DNA from: Candidatus Saccharimonadota bacterium
Lineage (GTDB): Bacteria > Bacteroidota > Bacteroidia > Cytophagales > Amoebophilaceae
DNA: 32,000 nucleotides
Assembly (NCBI RefSeq): GCF_003351905.1
Contig: NZ_CP022339.1
Location: forward strand, 630,001-662,000
Direction: 5' to 3'
Shown here: in pieces, positions 8,158 to 15,236 of the stretch
Layout: every line of letters starts with the position of its first letter
Position numbering within the stretch: the first letter of the stretch is position 1
Notes under the pieces: generated by a model
The model's database searches: none
What the model was told of the DNA's origin: nothing
Seen by the model: the letters and a program-made list of their open reading frames with translations, nothing else
Program-made: the position numbers and the translations under genes

Positions 8158-8328
8158 ATGGCAGTTAAAATTAATGAATTCGTGATTCAGTTTAAGGTGC
8201 ATGAAGCCAGTCAACCAGTAGAAAACACGACCAATAAGCCAGTTGGTTACTTACCGGATAGGACGGAGCAGCAAGATTTGGTAAGGGAGGTGGTTGACGC
8301 ATTATTAGAAGATCGAGAAGCAAGGTAA
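8158..8328 (+). CDS. Small Afp6/Pvc6-like protein (DUF5908-like). This ORF is not in the supplied track.
   Basis: I translated it by hand: ATG at 8158 to TAA at 8326-8328 gives the 56-aa MAVKINEFVIQFKVHEASQPVENTTNKPVGYLPDRTEQQDLVREVVDALLEDREAR. The start M.(I/V)(K/E)I.E(L/F).I...V, the polar middle and the acidic helical end ...L(E/K)..(K/R)ER resemble the small protein found between tube and Afp7 genes in eCIS loci. Its position matches, ending 14 nt before the Afp7-like gene. Confidence 0.55.
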   Translation: MAVKINEFVIQFKVHEASQPVENTTNKPVGYLPDRTEQQDLVREVVDALLEDREAR

Positions 8329-8342
8329 AACAACCTCCAGGT

Positions 8343-9665
8343 ATGAGTAACGTTAGTAAACTAGTTATTAAAGCATGTAGGGACAATAAGTTTTCTTCTT
8401 TTATAGGGGAATTTATTACATCTATTAATCCAGAGAACTTGGTTATTAAAAGTGCTGTATCCTACCATATTCCTGGAGGAACTCCTCCTAGTGCCCATTT
8501 GCTTAAATACCGTGGATCCCCTCCTAAGTTGCTTTCTTTTAGTCTTTTATTTGACAATACAGGGATTATGCCTGGTAGCAATACCATTGCTGTGATGGAG
8601 CAAGTCAAGCAACTACAAGATGTTGCCTATAGCGTCCAGAAAAAAAATAATGCCCCGAATTACATTCGTGTAATCTGGGGGCAGATTGATTTTAAAGGAA
8701 GATTGGTGGATCTAGATATGATCTATTCTATGTTTCAAGTAGATGGTACGCTGGTTAGAGCCGAGGCACATATCGCTGTATTGGAGGAGCTGGTCCCTGT
8801 AGGGAGAGGGGAATCTGCTGCAGGTGTAGATAGCGACTATGCAAAAGCATCGGGTGCAAGTGCAACCTCGAAGGGTTCATCTAGTCAAAGGGGTGGCCCC
8901 CCGCCCTCTTATCAGGAGGCCACTGCGCCCCCTCCTTCTTATCAGGCAGCTGTTGCTGCACCGCATCAGGAGGCCTTTGCACCTACCCCTAATGGGATGA
9001 ATGGCGCCTACAGTGGTGCACCACCGGGTGCCTATGATGGAGGGGCTGACCAGATTTATCATGGATCTAATGATGCTGGTGGAGCGGTTTATGCCTCGTC
9101 CAGTGTGGCTACGGCTCAGTCTGGCAAGCCTATTTCCAGTGTAAAGCCGGTCTCCTCTAGCCATGGTGGCTATAGTAATGATGCTGATATTGGCCGTTCT
9201 AGTAACGGCTTACAAGGTGGTGTGGCGGGCAATGGCCCTGGAGGGAGTGGAGGAGGAGTTGGCGGGGGAGGTCATGGACCAGGTAGTGGGAAGGCTGGCA
9301 AGGCTACTACTGGAATAGGTAGCCCTGAAGGTAAAGCTGGTACAAGTGGTAGTAGCCATGGATCAGGCAGTTCTCCGACTGGATCTGCCAAAAGCAATAC
9401 GGCCTCAGGGAGTGGTAAAGTCAAAGGAAAAGATAGTAACTTTAAGGCGGGTAGCATGGTAGCTGCTGGTGCAGCTGGTAGTGCGGCAGTAGCAGCTGCT
9501 GCTGCAACTGGAGCAGATAGTTTGCGTAAAATTGATCTAAAGGGTAAGGGCCTCAATTTTTTAAGAAATAAAGTGAGTTGGCGGGATAGGCTCAAAATGA
9601 TTGTTAAATTTGTTAAAAAACAAGCAGGAAAAGCATATAATGCCGGAAAAAAGATGGTACAGTAA
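8343..9665 (+). CDS. CIS tube-initiator-like protein (Afp7/Pvc7 N-terminal tube domain) fused to a long low-complexity tail, with no LysM domain
   Basis: The N-terminal ~155 aa (KLVIKACRDNKFSSFIGEFITSINPENL...SFSLLFDNTGIMPG...NYIRVIWGQIDFKGRLVDLDMIYSMFQVDGTLVRAEAHIAV) match the CIS tube protein N-domain pattern (KL.I.A....F...vgeF.vm.NPE.ys......y....f.LvFDgTGv.p......P.fl.l.WG.l.FkcrL.sl.i.YtLF..dGtPlRA.a.v.f). Residues ~160-400 are G/S/A/P-rich. The C-terminus is an Ala/Gly hydrophobic stretch followed by a Lys/Arg-rich helix. Confidence 0.8.
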   Translation: MSNVSKLVIKACRDNKFSSFIGEFITSINPENLVIKSAVSYHIPGGTPPSAHLLKYRGSPPKLLSFSLLFDNTGIMPGSNTIAVMEQVKQLQDVAYSVQKKNNAPNYIRVIWGQIDFKGRLVDLDMIYSMFQVDGTLVRAEAHIAVLEELVPVGRGESAAGVDSDYAKASGASATSKGSSSQRGGPPPSYQEATAPPPSYQAAVAAPHQEAFAPTPNGMNGAYSGAPPGAYDGGADQIYHGSNDAGGAVYASSSVATAQSGKPISSVKPVSSSHGGYSNDADIGRSSNGLQGGVAGNGPGGSGGGVGGGGHGPGSGKAGKATTGIGSPEGKAGTSGSSHGSGSSPTGSAKSNTASGSGKVKGKDSNFKAGSMVAAGAAGSAAVAAAAATGADSLRKIDLKGKGLNFLRNKVSWRDRLKMIVKFVKKQAGKAYNAGKKMVQ

Positions 9666-9801
9666 AGCGGTTTTTAAAAAAGTAGGAAAAGTGCTTTGCA
9701 CTTACTGGATTTTCTCGCTATAGTTGTACCAAGTACAAAGGCCTTTTTTAAAGTGTTGGTGTCTATAGCGCTCATACGCATAACCACATTTAATCACTTC
9801 T

Positions 9802-11259
9802 ATGCGTTATATGAAATCTGTTGTTGTAGCTGTTTTTTTAACAGCTTGTGGGCATTTTATTGCTTATGGTAACACCAAACTTAAATCCAGTGTCATTGAG
9901 CATGCCAAGCGTGCGGTAGTTTCTCTTGATGTGCAGGCAGCCCTTACGGCCTATACTGCGCCTGGGAAGTTGCATGGAAATGGGGTAGTAATAGATAAAA
10001 AAATAGGCTATATTTTAACTTCTGCTACTACGGTTGGTCCCGCTATAGTAGCAGACTATACGGTTGGTTTTTTTAATGGTGTAGAGGCTAAAGCGAAAGT
10101 AGTTTATTATGATCCTTGGTTGGACTATGCGATTCTAAAGGTAGATCCATTGGTGCTTCCTAAAGAAATCCAGGCGATCAAGTTAAGTAGTAAGGAACCA
10201 TTGCTAGGCCAGTCTATTTTTACGATTGGTAAGAAAAAAAATACGCCTGCTGTAGTATATGCTGGAACCATAGATGCTACCAATTGTAGTGTGCAATGGA
10301 CCATGCCCCAACATTTTATTCGTGTGAGTATGCCCAGTAAGACTCATGCAGTTGGTTCTTTAATTTTCAATGAGGCTGGGGAGGGTATTGCTTTAAATTG
10401 TGCGGGTTCAGATACCGCGAATATTGGGTTGCATCTAGGCTATGTGCGTCAGGCGCTAGCTGCCTTAAAGCAAAACAAATTACCAGTTAGAAAGCATATC
10501 GGTGCGTTACTAGTTACTTATTCCATAGATGATGCCATCCGTTATGATCATCTTTCGCAAGCTTCACAAAAAGTGTATACTGCAAAATTTCCAAATGCAG
10601 AAAATAAAATCTTGCAAGTAGATAGTATACTTAAAGGTACACCAGCAGCGGGTAAACTTTTGCCTGGGGATTTAATTTGGGCGCTTAATGGTCAGTTGAT
10701 TGGCCCTAATCTCATAGATTTTGATATAGCGCTGGATAAATCACCAAAAGATTCAGTTTTGTTAACTGTTTTTCGAAATGGTTCCTTTCATGAGGTTGCT
10801 ATTCCTTGTTATAATTTACACAACCATCGGATCACTAAAATGGTTCAATTTGGCGGTGCTACTTTTTTTGAGACAGATGATTTTTGTAGTACGCTGGGTG
10901 GTGTTTCCCCTAAAACTTTGGCTGCTTGTATTGCAGAAACCAATACCATTTTCAAAGTACCTGCTTCGCATCAAAATTATTTCAATATTTTAGGCATGCA
11001 ATTTTTAGCTATTAATGGTAAGCCTGTGCAAACATTGGATGCGTTGATCACACTGATTCCAGAATTGGTTCATCAAAAATATTTTACAGTTTCCTATGTT
11101 AATCACTTGGTGCCATTAAATCATGGCATGTGGTCATCCTATGCGCATAGTTCCTATAAAGTGAATGTAGCATATGACTCCAACTTAGTATTGCCCAAAG
11201 TTTGGACATGGGATTCCATGCAGCTGGAATGGAAAGGTGAGGCAATTGTTTTGCAATAG
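9802..11259 (+). CDS. Secreted trypsin-fold/PDZ protein of the HtrA type, predicted catalytically dead (pseudoprotease), probable lipoprotein
   Basis: It aligns end to end with the 11409..12860 product and has the same 485-aa length. The His site reads GYILTSATTVGP (10021-10035) against GYILTNQHVIGD. The Ser site reads KTHAVGSLIFN (10345-10362) against KGGSSGSPIFN. The Asp context DPWLDYAILKV is kept. The N-terminus VVVAVFLTAC has a lipobox (L-T-A-C). Confidence 0.8.
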   Translation: MRYMKSVVVAVFLTACGHFIAYGNTKLKSSVIEHAKRAVVSLDVQAALTAYTAPGKLHGNGVVIDKKIGYILTSATTVGPAIVADYTVGFFNGVEAKAKVVYYDPWLDYAILKVDPLVLPKEIQAIKLSSKEPLLGQSIFTIGKKKNTPAVVYAGTIDATNCSVQWTMPQHFIRVSMPSKTHAVGSLIFNEAGEGIALNCAGSDTANIGLHLGYVRQALAALKQNKLPVRKHIGALLVTYSIDDAIRYDHLSQASQKVYTAKFPNAENKILQVDSILKGTPAAGKLLPGDLIWALNGQLIGPNLIDFDIALDKSPKDSVLLTVFRNGSFHEVAIPCYNLHNHRITKMVQFGGATFFETDDFCSTLGGVSPKTLAACIAETNTIFKVPASHQNYFNILGMQFLAINGKPVQTLDALITLIPELVHQKYFTVSYVNHLVPLNHGMWSSYAHSSYKVNVAYDSNLVLPKVWTWDSMQLEWKGEAIVLQ

Positions 11260-11408
11260 GGCTGGAGTTGCTTGCGTTATCCCATCCTATATGGAAGTTT
11301 TTAGAAGTGTGAAAGCCAAAAATCCATATTTAATCCTATCATCTTTTATGCTTTTTTTGCCTTAATGATTTGATCAGGTTGTTCTAATCGCTATTTACTA
11401 CAGTGCGT

Positions 11409-12860
11409 ATGAAAATAAATAGGTTAAAATCTAAATGCTGGATTCTATTTTTTACCCTTTTGCTGCATACGCCTATGCTTTTAGCCAAAGAGGTCTTCTC
11501 TGAAAAGGTAATTGAGCATGCTAAAAAGTCAGTAGTAACCATTGATGTAAATGCTGCTTTTGCAGCTTATGGAGAAGGTAGCAAGTGGAGCGGAACCGGT
11601 TGCGTGGTAGATAAGCAGCATGGCTACATCTTAACCAACCAACATGTAATAGGCGATGCTGTAGTGGGTAGTTATAAAGCAACCTTTTTTAATGGCATCC
11701 AACAAGAAGCCCATCTGATCTATTACGATCCATGGTTAGACTATGGATTTGTAAAAGTTTCCCCTACCGTTATTCCAAAAGAGGTTACGGAAACTACCTT
11801 TAGTAGCCATAATCCAGTTATAGATCAGCCTATTTTTATCGTTGGCAATAATGAAGGCTATAGCTTTTCTTTACATACAGGAGTGGTGGCAGATTTGTAT
11901 GGGGTTACAGGTGCCATGCCTCAACAATCGATTAAACTGAGTTTAAATACTAAGGGTGGGTCAAGTGGATCGCCCATTTTTAACAAAAATGGGCAGGCTG
12001 TAGGGCTTAATTATGCTGGCAATCGAACATTCGGGTTTGCTATCCATCCTGAATATATTCGGTATGCTTTGTCAGCGATTCGGCAAGGTAACTCCCCAAT
12101 TAGGAAACAAGTGGGCGTAATCACCAAATCTACACCTATTAAAGATGTAGTCCAGTATGATGGGTTATCCACCCAGCAGCAATACATTAAAACATTTCCT
12201 AATGGCGCTACTTCTGTTATTACAGTCCATCATGTGTTAGTTGGTAGTCCTGCGGCTGCCTTACTCTTTCCTGGAGATGTGATTTGGGCCATTAATGGTC
12301 ACCCAATAGGGCCTAATTTGGTTGCTTTCTATATGGCTATGAACAAAACTACGAAAGATTCTGTTCTATTAACCATTTTTAGGATGGGCCAGTGGCATGA
12401 TATCAAAATAGGGCTTTATGATCTCGAGGCGCATAAAATCACAAAAATGGTCCATTTTGGAGGGGCGCTTTTTTTTGAAATGGATGATTATTGTGCCAAA
12501 CTAAATCATTTATCTCCTAAAAGTTTGACTTTTGTGCATGTAGATGCAAACCATATGTTTCATAATGTTGCACCCAATAGAGTCGGTGAATTTAGGTTGA
12601 AAGTCTTATCTTTTAATAAAAAATCGGTTGCTGACCTTCAAGCATTAGTGGCAGTGATACCATCGTTAATCTCTAAAAAATACTTTACTATAGAATATAC
12701 TGATTTGTCTCCTTGTCATCTATTTGGTTCTGCGTTACACTTAGGTCCTAGGCCATCAAGGGCCTATGTAGCGTATGATACCCATCTTTCTCAGCCTAGA
12801 TCATTTATTTGGGATGAAGCAAGTCATCAATGGATTAGTTCACCTATTGGTATAAAATGA
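11409..12860 (+). CDS. Secreted HtrA-family (S1C-like) serine protease with C-terminal PDZ-like region, catalytic triad intact
   Basis: TNQHV (His codon 11643-11645), DPWLDYGFVKV (Asp) and GGSSGSP (Ser codon 11964-11966) are all present. The signal peptide is KCWILFFTLLLHTPMLLA/KE. The track starts at GTG 11403, but I prefer ATG 11409. Confidence 0.85.
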   Translation: MKINRLKSKCWILFFTLLLHTPMLLAKEVFSEKVIEHAKKSVVTIDVNAAFAAYGEGSKWSGTGCVVDKQHGYILTNQHVIGDAVVGSYKATFFNGIQQEAHLIYYDPWLDYGFVKVSPTVIPKEVTETTFSSHNPVIDQPIFIVGNNEGYSFSLHTGVVADLYGVTGAMPQQSIKLSLNTKGGSSGSPIFNKNGQAVGLNYAGNRTFGFAIHPEYIRYALSAIRQGNSPIRKQVGVITKSTPIKDVVQYDGLSTQQQYIKTFPNGATSVITVHHVLVGSPAAALLFPGDVIWAINGHPIGPNLVAFYMAMNKTTKDSVLLTIFRMGQWHDIKIGLYDLEAHKITKMVHFGGALFFEMDDYCAKLNHLSPKSLTFVHVDANHMFHNVAPNRVGEFRLKVLSFNKKSVADLQALVAVIPSLISKKYFTIEYTDLSPCHLFGSALHLGPRPSRAYVAYDTHLSQPRSFIWDEASHQWISSPIGIK

Positions 12861-12906
12861 TTGTAACCTCAACCTATCCATTCAGTTATATAGCGTTACT
12901 ATCCCC

Positions 12907-13017
12907 AAAACGACAGTATCTGTTCAAGTCACTGGTTTTTTTGTCCACTTTTTTCTTGATAAAAAAGTGGGATACAATCCATCATTAACCAGTAATGTGA
13001 ACAGATACAAAACGACA
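12907..13017. mobile_element. MITE-like element: 93-bp body (12916-13008) with 22-bp imperfect terminal inverted repeats, flanked by a 9-bp direct repeat
   Basis: The left end gtatctgttcaagtcactggtt (12916-12937) matches the reverse complement of the right end aaccagtaatgtgaacagatac (12987-13008) at 19/22 positions. Identical aaaacgaca sits at 12907-12915 and 13009-13017, directly abutting both ends. An internal perfect 10-bp hairpin has ccactttttt (12945-12954) paired with aaaaaagtgg (12961-12970). The element lies in the convergent gap between the protease gene and tatD. Confidence 0.55.
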
Positions 13018-13051
13018 AGCAAAGAGTAGCATAAAAATTCCTTTACCCATC

Positions 13052-13816
13052 CTATTGAGTTGGCTCAAAAATGGTTTCAGCATTTTGCGTAGTGATGCAT
13101 GCCACTTCTCCTAGTGTTGTCTCTTTGACCGCTGCAAGCGTTGATGCTGTGTAAGGTAAGTAGCTTGGTTCATTGGGTTTTCCCCGATAAGGTACCGGTG
13201 TTAAATAAGGGCTATCTGTTTCTAAGACCAAATGTTTGAGATCTATAGCCGATATGGTTGCCGCTAATCCACTTTTCGGCATCGTAATAATCCCGCCAAT
13301 TCCTAGTGAAAACCCCAGCGCTATACATGCTTCTGCTTCTTGAAAATTGCCTGTAAAGCAGTGAATCACTCCCCTTAGACGACCATCCTGTTCTTTTTCC
13401 AATAGTTCGATGACCTCTTTAAAAGCATTTCTGCAGTGAATGGAAACAGGAAGATGATAGTGCTTGGCTAAAACAAGTTGCATCCTAAATGCTTCCTGTT
13501 GTTCTGGAAACAAAGCCGTATCATGGTATAGGTCTATACCAATTTCACCCACTGCTATAAAAGCACTTTTACCAAGCCATTCCTCTATTAGGTATAACTG
13601 TTTGATAAAATCTTTTCTGATGTGACAAGGATGGATGCCCATCATAGGTAGACAAGAAGGATATGCCGCTGCTATATCCATCATCCTGGCTATTGTTTCT
13701 TCATCTATATTAGGCATATAGATTTTTTTAATATAGTTTTTTTGTGCCCTTTCTAAGACCAGTGGCAATAGACCTTCCAGGTCATATATATGGGCGTGGG
13801 TATCAATAAATTGCAT
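13052..13816 (-). CDS. tatD: TatD-family metal-dependent hydrolase/DNase
   Basis: It starts MQFIDTHAHIYD, and GEIGIDLYH, HCR.A, HCFTG and ETDSPYL are the conserved TatD/YcfH metal-binding motifs. Confidence 0.9.
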   Translation of the reverse strand: MQFIDTHAHIYDLEGLLPLVLERAQKNYIKKIYMPNIDEETIARMMDIAAAYPSCLPMMGIHPCHIRKDFIKQLYLIEEWLGKSAFIAVGEIGIDLYHDTALFPEQQEAFRMQLVLAKHYHLPVSIHCRNAFKEVIELLEKEQDGRLRGVIHCFTGNFQEAEACIALGFSLGIGGIITMPKSGLAATISAIDLKHLVLETDSPYLTPVPYRGKPNEPSYLPYTASTLAAVKETTLGEVACITTQNAETIFEPTQ

Positions 13817-13958
13817 AATCTATTAGGGTTAGTAGACTCCTTTTGAAACTCGCTTATGCTAAGGAGTTTAGGAGACACGGGGCGCAAAGCTCCAGTATAC
13901 TAGACGAGATTTAAGTACCGGATCAACATGCAAATTACCGTAAAGTTTCTAAAGAAGT

Positions 13959-14474
13959 CTAGTGATTATCTACTAATGTTGCTCTTATCCCCAACTCTAT
14001 CACCTCTATATTGTGAATCTTTGTGTCGTTTATTTCAAAACGCAATAAAGTTCGCATATAGTGCCCGCCATAGCGTCCAGCCGCACCAGGGTTCAAGTAA
14101 AGCAGTGGAGGACGCTTGATGTCATGCATTACCCGTAAGATGTGTGAGTGGCCACCTACTAAAATATCAGGTTGCTCTACGCTTAATTTGGTGCGCATTT
14201 GTGGCGTATATAAAGGCGGATAACCCGATATATGTATCATCCATATATGTATTTGTTCACATTGAAATGATTGAAATTCAGGATATTTATTTCTTATTGT
14301 ACGGTCATCAATATTGCCATATACCGCTCTAAAATGGTTGAAACGATCAAATGCAGGCAGTAGCTCAGGGTCACCAATGTCTCCTGCATGCCATATCTCG
14401 TCACACTTTTCAAAGTGATCAAAAATTTTAGGATCCAACCACCCATGGGTATCTGCAAGTAAACCAATTTTCAT
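13959..14474 (-). CDS. YfcE/MJ0936-family metallophosphoesterase
   Basis: MKIGLLADTHG, WHAGDIG, GNID, GGHSH and the ~170-aa size fit the calcineurin-like phosphodiesterase MJ0936 family. Confidence 0.85.
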   Translation of the reverse strand: MKIGLLADTHGWLDPKIFDHFEKCDEIWHAGDIGDPELLPAFDRFNHFRAVYGNIDDRTIRNKYPEFQSFQCEQIHIWMIHISGYPPLYTPQMRTKLSVEQPDILVGGHSHILRVMHDIKRPPLLYLNPGAAGRYGGHYMRTLLRFEINDTKIHNIEVIELGIRATLVDNH

Positions 14475-14601
14475 ATTCGTTCGTTGTGCGCATTTTTACC
14501 GTAGCCTGATCTGCTGCCTATGAAAATAAGATACAAAATTATTGTCCAAAGCAAGACAGCCTGGTGGCTTTAGCCGTTCAACTTGAACCGTATCATGCCT
14601 T

Positions 14602-14629
14602 GCAAGCCATAACTTAGCTTATGGCTTGC
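14602..14629 (-). terminator. Perfect 11-bp palindromic stem overlapping the ogt stop codon (possible terminator or RNA stability element)
   Basis: gcaagccataa (14602-14612) pairs with ttatggcttgc (14619-14629) around the loop cttagc. No clear U-tract follows on the minus-strand transcript, so terminator function is uncertain. Confidence 0.3.
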
Positions 14630-15156
14630 GCTTCTAATGTAAGTAACTGTTTTTTTACAGCTGTCCCGGCAGCATATCCTCCTAGCGATCCATCACTTCT
14701 AATCACCCTATGACAAGGCAACAGAATAGACAGAGGATTTTTACCAATAGCAGAAGCTACTGCTCTGATTGCATGCGGATATGCCGTTAAAGAAGCAAAT
14801 GTTTTGTAAGTGCATACCACACCGTAAGGAATTCTTGTTAAGCTTTGCCATATGTTTTTTTGAAAAGAAGTCCCGTTTAATCTATAATCAATGTTAAAAT
14901 AGCTACTTTTTAATCTAAAGTAGTCATTTAACTGTATTTTTGTATTGGTAAAAACCGCTATATGCGGATTATGTTGCCAATAGTCTTTTATAATAGGAAA
15001 GTGCTTTTGTCCTTCGATATGAAGCCCAATAAGCTTGTCATTGCTAGCAGTTAATAATATTCTGCCCATTCGGGTGTTTATATAGGTATAGTAGATCATC
15101 AAGCTATCTATTGCATTCGAAGATGTTTGAACCCATTTTAGAGATATGGTTTTCAT
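14614..15156 (-). CDS. ogt: Methylated-DNA--protein-cysteine methyltransferase
   Basis: It has the active-site motif LLPCHRVIRSDGSLGGY (PCHRV) and the upstream IPYG..C.Y..A pattern. Confidence 0.9.
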   Translation of the reverse strand: MKTISLKWVQTSSNAIDSLMIYYTYINTRMGRILLTASNDKLIGLHIEGQKHFPIIKDYWQHNPHIAVFTNTKIQLNDYFRLKSSYFNIDYRLNGTSFQKNIWQSLTRIPYGVVCTYKTFASLTAYPHAIRAVASAIGKNPLSILLPCHRVIRSDGSLGGYAAGTAVKKQLLTLEAQAIS

Positions 15157-15236
15157 AAGCTGTAATGGTAAATTACTATCTATGATAGGTTATTAGTTGT
15201 ACAGATCTTTCTAAAGCAATCTAAGTATAGACCATT

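Noticed and set aside
7982-8386. Track ORFs 7982..8185(+) and 8192..8386(-)
   Set aside because: The W/R/C-rich and Leu/Pro-rich translations are atypical. The minus ORF is antisense to the Afp6-like ORF and overlaps the start of the Afp7-like gene. The 8158..8328 reading has a family-like sequence and the right synteny. The 7982 ORF cannot be fully excluded.
8877-9595. Antisense ORFs 8877..9164(-) and 9272..9595(-)
   Set aside because: They lie opposite the G/S/A/P low-complexity coding region, where GC-rich repeats keep the antisense frames open.
10778-10993. ORF 10778..10993(+)
   Set aside because: It is an alternative frame nested inside the pseudoprotease CDS.
13928-14332. ORFs 13928..14119(+) and 14144..14332(+)
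   Set aside because: They are antisense to the well-supported metallophosphoesterase gene.
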